Shown here one piece after another: positions 1 to 12,216 of a stretch of DNA of 64,000 bases. The first letter of the stretch is position 1. Each line of letters opens with the position of its first letter. The notes under the pieces were generated by a model. It was given only the letters and a program-made list of their open reading frames with translations, was not told the origin of the DNA and searched no databases. A program made the translations under genes and the position numbers. This stretch comes from Octopus vulgaris (Eukaryota): the NCBI GenBank assembly GCA_951406725.2, contig OX597831.1, positions 14,384,001 through 14,448,000 of the forward strand. The letters run 5' to 3'.

Positions 1-33
1 TTCGTCTTCATCATCTTTTACTTCGACATCTTT
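1..33 (-). CDS. CIR1: CIR1 coding exon 7, truncated by window edge (KDVEVKDDEDE...)
   Basis: TTTTATTCACAG acceptor at 45-34, phase 0 matches exon 6. Acidic stretch expected before the DPE..F.KSL segment. Confidence 0.75.
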
Positions 34-2095
34 CTGTGAATAAAAACCAGATAAAGGGTGAAACGAAATTCATTAATAATAATTATAAATTTCGGTTAAG
101 TTCACATGCTGTGATGAAATGTGAGAAGAAGGCACTGATGGGTCTGAGAAACACTCGTCTTTGAAATGATGAGGGTAATAAGGAAAGGTAAAGGGAGAGG
201 TTTTAGAAACATCAGAAGTAAAGGCATGGTTAAGAAGCTCCCTTGGCAATCATGTGATCTCAGGTTAAGTCGTAATGCACAACACTTTGGACAAGGGTCT
301 CTTGGTATGGCCCCGGGATCATCAAAGTCTCGTGAATAAATTTGGTAGAATAAAACTAAAAAAAAAGTGCCTTACTCTGATGACCTGGACTGGAGCTAAA
401 AGGATTTGAACTCAGGATATAATGAGATGTGACCAAAAGTCACAAGATATTTTGTCGGATGCTCCACCAATTCTACCATACACCAATATGGTGGAATTGA
501 TAAACTAATGTTGTCTTGACACAATTGGCTGAGAGGCCAAGAATATGTTGAGGAGAGAATTCAACTGTTTGATCAGCTCATGTCAATCCTGCTAAAAGGC
601 ACCTATAATCAAAGACGTTCCAACCATGACCAAACCATCTTTTTTTTCAGACATACTGAATTATTGAACCAAGGAACACATTATTCAAAAGAATATGTGT
701 GTGTGTTACCATCTCCTTGCCTTAGCTTTGAGTAACAGTTGTAAACAAGTGCCACTGTTATACAAGCAGGTGTCATTCATTTCCAATATGCTGTGATGAT
801 ATATATCTGGCCATGAAGAAATATTACTTCGTTTGGAAACAGGTGAGGGTTGGTGACAGAAAGGGCATCCACCTGTAGAATATCCAGCCACAACAAATTT
901 CATCCAAGCATGGAACAGTGGATCGGTGGCATGTAAAAAGCACCATCCGAACGTGGCCGATGCCAGTGCCGCCTTGACTGGCTTTTGTGCCGGTGGCACT
1001 TAAAAAGCACCAACTGATTGTGGCTGTTGCCAGCCTCCCCTGGCACCTGTGCTGGTGGCACGTAAAAAGCACCCACTACACTCACGGAGTGGCTGGCATT
1101 AGGAAGGGCATCCAGCTGTAGAAACACTGCCAGATCAGACTGGAGCCTGGTGCAGCCTCTTAGCTTCCCAGACCCCGGTCGAACCGTTCATCTCGTGCTA
1201 GCACAGAAAATGGACGTTAAACGATGATGATGATGATTTTTTTGTTTACTGACGGTAATTGGCTATGTCTTAATAGATGATGGCCATGCAGAGAAGGTGG
1301 GTAGCTCTTAAAAATTATTTAGGCAGGAGGGAACAAAGTGCTCATGACCCTTTACAGAGTCCCTGAGACTGATGGGAGGGAAGGAAAGGAAGTTAACTCA
1401 CAGCCAGAGATTTGCTTAAATGCTTGTGATGGGGAGGCTCTAAAAGCATCCAAAGTGCCAAGTGGTGGTCATGTGAAAGCAGGTGGTTTAGCACCACCAG
1501 TCACACAGACAGGCCAGGATGGGATCTGAACTCAGAAACCATAGAACCATACGTGGTGTAGTGGTTAAGAGCACGGGCTACTAACCCCAAGATTCTGAGT
1601 TGGATTCCAGGCAGTGACTCGTAAAGCCAAGGTCTTGTAAAGCAGGCCCTTGTTAAGTGCTGTATTACTGTATGTGTATGTCTTTGTGTTTGTACCCTCA
1701 ACACAATCTGCTATGTCACAGCCTTTGGCTTTTTTTAAAGTTTACTTTAGGATGCCTGCAAGGGTCAGACGGAACATTTGGAGCAGAGTTTTCTATGGCT
1801 GGATGCCCTTCTTGATGCCCTTGGACATTTAGTTAGATGGCTGGATGCCCTTCTTGATGCCCTTGGACATTTGGTTAGATGGCTGGATGCCCTTCTTGAT
1901 GCAAGCCCTTACTTGTTTCCAAATGAAATAATAATCTTCTATTCTACAGAAGAATAAAGAGCCCCAAACATGGTAATTCAGAGAATTGGAGACAAAAAGA
2001 CACCTTTTGGATGAAACTTTCGTATCGGAAGGCTACACAGCATCAAAAGAAGCTTGGAGGAGGCAGTGACATGAAGAAATCAATTAATTAATTAC

Positions 2096-2181
2096 CTCAT
2101 CAATCAACCTTCCCATGATGTTTTTTTTCAATACCAAACCATCTTCATGCATACTTTCCATGAGAGAAGAATCGTTCCGGG
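2096..2181 (-). CDS. CIR1: CIR1 coding exon 6 (SRNDSSLMESMHEDGLVLKKNIMGRLIDE)
   Basis: Poly-T + GCAG acceptor and GTAATT donor, 86 nt, phase 1 to 0. Resembles the vertebrate M..G..LK.N.LGR segment. Confidence 0.88.
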
Positions 2182-2929
2182 CTGCAAAAAAAAAAAATGA
2201 AAAATAAAATAAATAAATAAATAAAAAATCTTAAAAAGTACATAAGCAATTAATGCGTTTGGATTAGGCAAATGAATTGCTACTTAAGTAATGAGTGGTG
2301 GGCATGGCTGTGTGGCTAAGAAGTTCCCATTGCAACCATGTAGTCTCATGTACAGTGTGCCTGTATGGTATGTTGGGGACTGGGGAGGAGGGGCGGATTG
2401 CTCAAGCCAGCTTTGCACTGTCGTGATCAATGTTTTGTATGTGGAAATGGTAGACGGAAACTGTGTGGAAGTCCATCACGTGTGTGTGTGTGTGTGATCA
2501 TTTAATGTCTGTTTTCCATGCTGGCATGGGTTGGATGCTTTGAAAGAATCCAGGGAGCCACAGGGCCACATCATGCTCCATGTCAGCTTTGGCATGGCTT
2601 CTCCAACCAGAGATGTCTTTCCCAAACACCAACCACTTTACAGAGTGTAATGGGGTACCTTTTATGTGGCACCACGACCACCACCACTACTGCGATTGCC
2701 ATACACCTTGCAAGACTAAAATCCTCTTTGAGTGGGAGCTGCGGACAGGGGAAGGCAGCTTCATGCTGAGAGACGAGGAGTTAAAGTATGCAAAAGATGC
2801 AAGAACACAAGAGATTTCTTGTAGAGGAGCTACATGGCTGCTCACATCATAAAAGAATGGGTGGGAGTAACCAGGGTGGAGCTGGATAGGGAAATAAAAT
2901 ATTGGTGATGAAGTGTTGGGTCTCTTTAT

Positions 2930-3158
2930 AAAACCTTTCATTACTGTATTTCTATTGAGATGCTCTGTGTTTCTTTCAATTAATTTTAAATATAACAAAG
3001 AATTTAGTAAAATAACTTAGTTATCATTCAACTAGTGTTAGGAACATAAATTGTGACTAAGGTTTGGTGGAAGATTTTAATTCAGAACTTATGAAAACAA
3101 GACTCTTGCACTACAGAGCCAGAGGCGGTTTCAGGTGGGTTGGTATCGAAAGGGTTAA
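2930..3158. mobile_element. piggyBac-like MITE
   Basis: Right end CGAAAGGGTTAA and degenerate left end AAAACCTTTCATTAC. Confidence 0.45.
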
Positions 3159-5360
3159 AAGCTTTGCCTGTTGTGTATCACATAAGATACAGAAAACCTA
3201 TTTCTCTGGGGCCTATTCATCATATATGATACACATTCCCAATACTTTTCAACCTTCTGAGTAACTTGAAACTTATGAAATAACAGCTTTTTGTTAGTCA
3301 GAACATAAGTAGCAAAGGGCAACCAAAAGGTCTGAAAACATGAATGGACGTTTAGGACAAACCTGCGGAAATGCGTTGGGCAGGCAAAGGGTTAAGTGAA
3401 AAACCCCTCGAAAGAGGGAAGAGAAGAAAGCTAAAGAAGATAATTATAAAGAGCATCTGTTGCTTCAAGATTGGGAGAAAGTTACTTCCCTTTAGACGAG
3501 AAACGTAAATCTCAATCGTTTGATGAACATAAATCAGTGAAGTGAACACGGAATTTGGTCAGTGAACAGGTTCCGGTTTCAAAGCAATGAAAATATTTTG
3601 ACAAATTAAATTTAAATGGCTCATAAACACCTTCCCCATTGCAATTGTTATAAAGCAGACACAGATGGAAATAAATTCCATGGGTTGAGATGATGTAAAT
3701 AAAAAAGCCCTTCGTTGTAATGCCCCAGTATGGCCATATTCCAAAGATTAAAACCATTAAAACTGGCATGGCTGGGTGTTTGTGAAAACCGCTTTCTAAC
3801 AAAGTGTCTTCTACTAACTAGAGGGGGGCCCTGGGTTGACCAGAGCCTTGGAAGTGCATTTAGAAACCCATCGTGTGTGTGTGCATGTGTGTGTGTACAT
3901 AATGCCTCAGTATACAAGTTAATTTGTTTCTGGAGATTGCTTGTAATGCAAAAACTCGTAAAGCAGGGCAATAATTTCCCATAGCAGACAATGTTATAAA
4001 TCATATTTCATTCCCAGAAAAATATCTTATCCATAAAATTTATGATATTCGTAAATAAATGGCAATAAAACAAAAGTAGAATGTAAAGAATATTTTATGT
4101 AAAGTAAAAACAATGTCAAAATCATTTATAATAAACAATATTATTATTATAATCATAAGCTGGCCTTTGTGCCGATGGCACGTTAAACACACCATTTGAG
4201 CGTGATTGATACCAGTGTCGCCTTACTAGCACTTGTGCTGGTGGCATGTGAAACATTCAAGCGAGGTTGTTGCCAGTGCTGCTGGACTGGCTCTTGTGCA
4301 GGTAGCACATAAAAAGCACCATTTGGGTGTGGCCGTTGCCAGCCCCACCAAATAGGCCCTCGTGCCGGTGGCATGTAAAAAGCACCCACAACACTCTCGG
4401 AGTGGTTGGTGTTAGGAAGGGCATCCAGCTGTAGAAACTCTGCCAGATCAGATTGGAGTCTGGTTCGCCAGACCTTAGTCAAATCGTCCAACCCATGCTA
4501 GCATGGAAAGCGGACGTTAAACAATGATGATGATGATGACGATGATGATTTTCTGAATCACTTTCACTAGCACTGGACATGTGCACACCATCACATATAG
4601 ACTTGATCGCCAATTCACAAGCACTCATAGACAGACTTGTAGGTTTCTTTTTGAAAACCAAGTCTAGAGTTGTTTGCTTAGAAGAAGAATTTTATTTGCT
4701 CTCTATAAATTTCTTGGTAACATGCAGAAGCATTTGTTATGGTAGGAGAAACTTTTGCACTTTGTTAAAAAATCTGGATCTTATGCTTGAAAAATTCCAG
4801 TTCACCATTACGAAAATGAGGGGAAAACTAAAAGTTGTAAAGCCAGGGTCTTGTAAAGCAGGCCCTTGTTAAGTGCTGTATTACTGTATGTGTATGTCTT
4901 TGCGTTTGTACCCTCAACACAATCTGCTCGAAGCTGGTGTCAGTTTATTTCCTTTTGTTTAGAAGCTTGCTTCCCAATCACAAGGTTCTGGGTTCCGTCC
5001 CACTGCATGGTACTTTGGGCAAGTGTCTCCTGCTACACCCTCGGGCTGACTGAAACTTGTGAGTGGATTTGGTAGACAGAAACATATATATATACATATA
5101 TATATGTCTGTGTATCTTTGTGTCTGTGTTTGTTCCGCTGCCATCGCTTGACAACTGATGTTGGTATGTTTACGTCCCCATATCTTAACAGTCTAACAAA
5201 AGAGACTGATAAAATAGGTAACAAGACTTAAAGAAGTAGGTACTGAAGTTGATTTCCTCAACTTACCCATTTCAAGGCAGTGCCCAAGAATGGCCGCAGT
5301 CCAATGAGCAAAACAAGCAAAAAAGACAGAAAGCTATCAACACTGTTGTTTTGTACTTAC

Positions 5361-5512
5361 ACTGAGTTGGTTCAGCCGTCAGGCTCTTCCCATAAAGGGG
5401 GCAGATTTTATCTGTGTTGACATGGCCCCATTCGCGGCACTTGATACAGCGCACGTTCCTGACTTCAATTCCGAACGGTTGGTCACGAATGGTATCATCG
5501 TTTTTGGCATAG
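5361..5512 (-). CDS. CIR1: CIR1 coding exon 5 with zinc knuckle ([50 protein letters not shown])
   Basis: TTGCAG acceptor and GTAAGT donor, 152 nt, phase 2 to 1. Contains [18 protein letters not shown] and a CX2CX4HX6C knuckle. Lies inside ORF 5272..5577. Confidence 0.97.
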
Positions 5513-7264
5513 CTGCAATATAAAAGCATCATCATCATCATCATTATCATCATCACCACCACCACCATCCTCGTCACCTAACCATCATATTCAAGAATAA
5601 CGTCAGCATGCGCAAATAAGGGTTCCAAATTTTGGCACAAGGCCGGCATGTTCGGAGGTGTGGGGGGGTCAAGTCAATTACATTGAAACACCCTGTCCTC
5701 TCCTCCCATTGCTTGGCTGGTACTTATTCCATCGACTCGAAAAGGACAGATGGTGAAGTCAACCTCCGTGAAATTTAAACTCAGGTTATTTAGAACCAAA
5801 TGAAAAATCATGAGACATTTTATCAGATTTGCTAACGATTTTACCAGCTCATCACCTTATCAACACATGGAAAATATTTATCAAATACCACCTGTTTCCA
5901 AGGAAATACTTGCTCATGGACACACACTTTCTCACAGAATATTAGAAATGAATGATATTTCTTGTAGGACTGAAAGCAATTTTACAATTATTTTCCAAAG
6001 TCAAGACAAGCCACAAAATACACCTCTATCTATCTAGCTCACTCTCTCTCTTTCTCTCACTCTCAATACACATATGACAGGCTTCTTTCAATTTCTGTTA
6101 ACCTAATTCCCTCAGACGGTTTTGGATGGTCCAGGGCTGCAGTGAAAGACACTTGCCTAAGGTGTCATGCAGTGGGGTTGAACCAGGAACCAAGAGGTTG
6201 GGAACTAAACTTCTTACCACACAGCATATGCATTTTGTGTGACATCGGTAGCCGCCACAACGGTGATTTTGCTCAACTTGATGGGTCATCTTCTCAAGCA
6301 CGACATAATACCAAAAGTCTTGGTCATTGCTTCCATGAGGCCCAACACTCTAAAAGGAACTCAGCCACTTTGCCTCCATGAGTATTATAAAAACACACAT
6401 GTTTATATATTCAATAAACAACGCTAATCATTAGGTTTCAGAAAATATAACATCTCTTCTTGAGTATATATAATCTTTTCTACTCTAGGCATAAGGCCCA
6501 AAATTTTGGGGGAGGGGAGCAGTCGATTAGATCAACCCTAGTACGCAACTGGTATTTAATTTATCAAGCCCAAAAGGATGAAAGGCAAAGTCGACCTCGG
6601 CAGAATTTGAACTCAGAACATAAAGACAAACGAAATACCTATTTCTTTACTACTCACAAGGCGCTAAACACAGAGAGGACAAACAAGGACAGACAGACAG
6701 ATTAACTGGTACTTAATTAATCGACCCCGAAAGGATGAAAGGCAAAGTCGACCTTGGTGGAATTTGAACTCAGAACATAGCGGCAGATGAAATACCGCTA
6801 AGCATTTCACCTGGCATGCTAATGTTTCTGCCAGCTCACTGCCTTAATATATATATATAATACACACACACATCATCATCATCATCACCTAGCATCAGTT
6901 TTCCATACTGACATGGGTTGGATGGTTTGTCAGGAGCTGGCAATCCAGGGTGTTGCACCAGGCTCCAACTGCATGCTTTAACATGGTTTCTGCACCCTGA
7001 TGACCATCCGAATGCCAACCACTTTACAGAGTGCACAGGGTGCTTTGTATGTGGCACTAGCACCAAGCCCAGGTGCTTTATCTCCATGACACCAGCACGG
7101 GTGCTGTCCATATGGCACCAGCCTGAGTGCTTCACATGTAGCACCAACAGCAGTGTTGTTAATGTGGTACCAGCACCCGGAAGCTTGCAAGAGAAAAAGC
7201 TTTGAAGTGAGAGATTAGAGTAGGACGGAGGGACAACACAGGTTGACATATTTAAAATACTTAC

Positions 7265-7329
7265 GCTTCTCTGGGTGCATTGTATTTCCTCTGCCATTCA
7301 AATTTATATTCCTGGTCAGTTTCTTCATT
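7265..7329 (-). CDS. CIR1: CIR1 coding exon 4 (NEETDQEYKFEWQRKYNAPREA)
   Basis: TTTTCAAG acceptor and GTAAGT donor, 65 nt, phase 0 to 2. EYKFEWQ...APRE motif. Confidence 0.93.
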
Positions 7330-9049
7330 CTTGAAAAACAGAAATATTTAACAGATATAACAACACAAACAACAACAACAACAACAATAATGGTTTCGAA
7401 TTTTGGCACAAGGCCAGCAACTATGGGGGAGGGGGTAATTCTGTTATTCTTTTATTTGTTTCAGTCATTTGACTGTTGCCATGCTGGAGCACCGCCTTCA
7501 GTGGAAGTAATCGACCCCAGGACTTGGTACTTATTCTATCGGTCTCTTTTGCCGAACTGCTAGGTTACAGGGATGTAAACACACCCGTATCAATTGTCAG
7601 GTGATTGTGGGGAGATGAACACACACATGACGAGCTTCTTTCAGTTTCCGTCTACCAAATCCACTCACAAGGCTTTGGTTGGCCTGAGGCTATAGTAGAA
7701 GACACTTGCCCAAGGTACCATGCAGTGAGACTGAACCTGGAACCATTTGGTTGGTAAGCAAGCTACTTACCACACAGCCACTCCTGCATCAATAATATTT
7801 ATTTCTTTATTGCCCACAAGGGGGCTAAACATGGAGGGGACAAACAAGGACAGACAAAGAGATTAAGTTGACTACATTGACCCCAGTATGCAACAGGTAC
7901 TTAATTTATTGCCCCCCCCCCCCCACCTCCCCGACAGAACGAAAAGGTAAAGTCGACTTCGGCGGAATTTGAACTCAGAATGTAATAATAACCACGATAA
8001 TTTAGTTGATTAGATTGACAATAATATTTTACAGATTCTTTATTTGATGAAACTTGAAAGGATGAAAGGCAAAACTAGCCACAAATAATAATAACCATCA
8101 GTTTTACATCTGGTTTTTCTCTGCTGGCATGGGTTAGACCTGATATTTAGAGGCTGTTCTTTTAGGGTGAAGACCCGTCCAACTGCACACCATTACTGGT
8201 TTTCAAGCAAGGCACTGCCTTTAAATTCGTGGTTTTGCACGTCAAACTGTTGCCAGTTGTTCTGCTTCTGTGGGACACCAACAATGGCAGGACCAGATGA
8301 GATGCAAAGCCTCCAGAATACAAACATGTATACACACACACAGACTCCCCCTCTCTCACACATCCTCTCACTTGCACACACACACACACACTCTCTCTTC
8401 TCCAAAAAAACTGATTGTGTTAAATGAAGCCAAGTTCACTTCTGCTTGATTTAAACAGTCTATATAAAGGGACGTAACTAGGTTTAATCTGTGACTATTG
8501 TCTCTTTTCTGCTCTAGGCACAAGAGGGAGTGGGCCAGTCGATTAGATTGAACCCAGTACGCAGCTGGTACTTAATTTATCAACCCCGAAAGGATGAAAG
8601 GCAAAGTCGACCTTGGCAGAATTTGAACTCAGAACATAAAGACAGACGAAATACTGGGAAGCATTTTGCCCCGTGTGCTAACATTTCTTATTTCTTAGAC
8701 ACAGAGAGGACAAACAAGGACAGACAAACGGACTAAGTCGATTATATCGACCCCAGTGCATAACTGGTACTTATTTATATATATATACACACATACATAC
8801 ACACGCACATACAATAAAAATAGGTGATTTCTAGAAAATTGTTTGCTTTCTGTCTTTGTTGCCATAGCAATCTCCTAAGAGAGAAATAAACAACATTCTT
8901 GTCTCAGTTAAGTATCACCATTATTTTAAAATTCTATGAAAATCCTGTCTGAAATAATGAAGATTTCTAGCAGCTGAGGGCAGTAGAAAAGGGGAAGATG
9001 AGAGGACATAAGTAGTGTTGTCGGGGCACAGAAAGAGAATTATGCTTAC

Positions 9050-9128
9050 CTCCTTCTTCTTAAACCCTGGTGGAGCATCATACATGAAACTGAGGCCGAC
9101 TTTAGCTTTCTCATCACCAAGTAAAGCC
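9050..9128 (-). CDS. CIR1: CIR1 coding exon 3 (ALLGDEKAKVGLSFMYDAPPGFKKKE)
   Basis: TGCAG acceptor and GTAAGC donor, 79 nt, phase 2 to 0. Conserved GLxFMYxAPPG motif. Confidence 0.95.
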
Positions 9129-9615
9129 CTGCACGAGAGAAGAGAATTGATTAGAAAAGGCTCATTGTATTTTCAAGCATATCATCATCGTCGTTTAACA
9201 TCCGTTTTCCATGCTGGCATGGGTTGGACGGTTTGACTGAGGACTGGCGAACCAGACAGCTGCACCAGGTTCCAATCTCGATCTGCCAGTGTTTCTACAG
9301 CTGGATGTCCTTCCTAACGCCAACCACTCTGAGAGTGTAGTGGGTGCTTTTTACATGTGCCTCTGGCATCAACCGCATTCGGATGGCACTTTTTATGTGC
9401 CACCAGCATGGGGATCCAGTCAGACAGCACTGACATCAACCCACACTCTAATGGTGCTTTTTATGTGCCACCAGCATGGGGATCCAGTCAGGCAGCATTA
9501 GCATCCGCCACGATTATGATTTCACTTGACTCAAAAGGTTTTCTCAAGGACAGCATATCACCCAATGATTCAAGGGTACTTTTAAATGAGCTGGTTATGC
9601 GATACTGTTTCAAGC

Positions 9616-10078
9616 ACAGTTCTATATTTAAAAGATGAGGAATTATGTACATTTACATTCGACGGATATTTGTCCTCATCTTGTTTGTTGCTAACACAAC
9701 GTTTTGGTTGATATACCCTCCAGCTTTCATCAGGTGTCTTGGGGAAATTTCGAACCTAGGTTCTCATTCCTAAGGTATTTTTCGATGTTATTATTATTAT
9801 TAATATTATTATTATCATTATTCAGGTCACTGCCTGGAATCGAACTTGGAATCTTGGGGTTAGTAGCCCGTGCTCTTAACCACTATGCCATGTGCCCATG
9901 GGCACATGGTGTAGTGACCTGAATAATAATAATAATAACAAGGTCGAAAAATACCTTAGGAATGAGAATGCAGGTTCGAAATTTCCCCAAGACACCTGAA
10001 GAAGGCTGGAGGGTATATCAGCTGAAACATTGTGTTGATAACAAACAAGATGAGGACAAATATCCGTCGAATGTAAAT
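9616..10078. mobile_element. Head-to-head palindromic pair of tRNA-headed SINE-like elements carrying hammerhead motifs
   Basis: Palindrome centre CCCA|TGGG at 9898/9899. The left arm (minus) has A box TGGCATAGTGG and B box AGTTCGATTCC, an (AAT)n linker, then GACAC-CTGATGA...AAAACGTT-GTGTT. The right arm has GACAC-CTGAAGA-A-GGCTG...CAGCT-GAAACATT-GTGTT at 9991-10036. Confidence 0.75.
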
Positions 10079-10234
10079 AGAATTTTTCAGACCCAAATTA
10101 ATAGGGCAAAAAAAAAAAAAGGTAGGGGTCAAGTTATTTTCTAAAACAACATTGGAGTACCAAAAATACCAAATGAGATGCAACAGGAATTGGAAAGAGA
10201 GTGATGCAGTTTGAATGTTTATTACATTAACACG

Positions 10235-10716
10235 TCAAAATCAAGTTCGATGACTGGTGTCCGTGCTAGTAGGGTGGAAAGAGCACCATATGGGTCTGAT
10301 CATTGATAGAGCGGCTAACTGGCCTCTGTGCCAGTGGCACTTAAATGGCACCATTCGAGCGTGATCGTTACCAGCGCCACCTTACTGGCACTCGATCCCC
10401 GTGCTAGTAGGGTATTAAGATCACCATCCAAGCGTGTCGTTGCCAGAGCGGCTATCTGGCCTCTGAGCCAGTGGCACGTAAAAGACATCATCCGAGCGTG
10501 ATCGTTACCAGCATCGCCTTACTGGCACCCGTGCCAGTGGCATGTAAAAGCACCCACTACACTCTCGGAGTGACTGGCGTTAGGAAGGGTATCCAGCTGT
10601 AGAAACTCTGCCGGATCAAGATTGAAGCCTGGTGCAGCCATCTGGTTCGCCAGCCCTCAGTCAAACCGTCCAACCCATGCTAGCATGGAAAGCGGATGTT
10701 AAACGATGATGATGAT
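10235..10716 (+). mobile_element. Retroposon family C with ~62-bp internal tandem units and (GAT)n tail (RTE-like 3' end)
   Basis: GGCACGTAAAA..CACC units, AGGAAGGGTATCCAGCTGTAGAAAC and CCATGCTAGCATGGAAAGCGGATGTTAAACGATGATG. Copies at ~860-1237(+), 2497-2680(-), 4160-4548(+), 6870-7190(-), 9182-9530(-). Confidence 0.8.
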
Positions 10717-11311
10717 GTAAGGAAAACACAAGTGCAACAAAAATACAGCATTATAGTTTGTAAGAGAGTAGTGTGGTAGGAATAACAGCAATGGTGAGTG
10801 TAGTGTGGTAGCTGAGGTGATGTGGGGGGTGGATGTGGAGTAATGTGACAGCTGCAGTGGTATGGTGGTAATGGTGGTGGAGAGGGTGATGGTAGAGGGT
10901 TATTAGTAATGTGTCAGCTGTAATGGTGGGAGTAATGTGAGGGTGGTGGAGGTAGAGCCATGCGGCTAAGTGCAGTAGTGGTAGCGGTTGTGGCGGGTGT
11001 AGTGCAGCTGTGGTGGGCAGGCAGTGGCTATACTGATGTGATGGTGGTAGTTAGGTGGTGGTGTGGTGGCAAATGTAGCAGTAGTGATGATGCTGATGCT
11101 GATGCTGATGTAGATGATGAAGATGATGGAGACAATGATTCTTTTAGTGGTTTCAATCAATGAACTGCGGCCATGCTGGAGCACTGCCTTATTCCTATTT
11201 CCATTTATATATATTTTATCACTTACTTTCACAGTATTTTTTGAAGTTTTATGGCTAAAAAAAAGGTTGGCCAAGAATTGCTGATGAAGATGGAGTGAAG
11301 TAAAGCTTTAC

Positions 11312-11406
11312 CTGTTTCCATAGAGTTCCTGTTCCTTCTGGTACTGTGCCAAGAGGTCTTCCTGTTTCTTCTTATCATACGTCGTCTTCTGTTCAGCCAT
11401 CCATAC
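11312..11406 (-). CDS. CIR1: CIR1 coding exon 2 ([32 protein letters not shown])
   Basis: TTTGTAG acceptor and GTAAAG donor, 95 nt, phase 0 to 2. VWMAEQK..YDKKKQE motif of the Cir_N domain. Confidence 0.95.
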
Positions 11407-12216
11407 CTACAAATAACAACGATGAATCTCTAGATATACAACAATACAAAAACACTTACTGTTTGCTTTATGTCTGTTTTTATATGTTAGCATGAGTCAG
11501 ATGAATACATTACTGGGGTATTGTTTTATTGCCGGATGCCCTTCCTGTTGCTAACCCTTGTTTTTCAAGAGATCTTTAATTCCACACATTTTTCAAAGGC
11601 ACAAAATGAGCAGAAAATTTTGTCCACCCGTCCATCTTCTCTGCTCACCATTCCTGGACGGATCGCAGGTAAAGTCCCCGGATACTTCCTCCATAGGATC
11701 CCATCAGAAGCAACTGTCATTAGGCTTTCTGGCTAGATTCCCAACCATGACCAACCAAGACTATGGATATTATTCAACAACCTCTTTCATGGCGTTCCCA
11801 CCATGTCTCCATCCGGTTGGTTTGGCAGGAGACAGGACTGCAGCACCACCACCACTCCTAACAAAGGAATTGTACACAAACTTACATACAGGTGTGCACC
11901 CCCCCACACACACATATGTACATAATCAGCTATTTTTAGTTTCCATCAACCAGTTTCACTCTCAAGGCTTTGTCAGACCCAGGGCTACAGCAGAATAATC
12001 TTGCAGGCAATTTTCATGGAGTTACCTCCCTTGCTCATTTCTTAAATTTTTGCACAATTTTTAGAGTTTTTGTCAACTAATTGCACGGATAACTCTTAGT
12101 TTACCCAAGTTTCACCATATATGTGTGTGTGACTCAACTGTATTAATATAACTTTTCTTTAGAAAATTACTATTTTTTAATCTCACAAAATGTGATATTC
12201 AGCAACAATACAATGG

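Noticed and set aside
1551-1619. tRNA gene candidate (also at 9826-9897, 52677 and 55395)
   Set aside because: A/B boxes are present, but there is no proper acceptor stem and each continues into repeat bodies. These are SINE heads.
5272-5577. Standalone 101-aa ORF
   Set aside because: Only 5361-5512 is coding (CIR1 exon 5). The flanks are intronic microsatellite and SINE sequence.
10235-10560. CRISPR-like regularly spaced repeats (also 42925-43290)
   Set aside because: Whole units are repeated with no unique spacers, the context is eukaryotic, and there are no cas genes.
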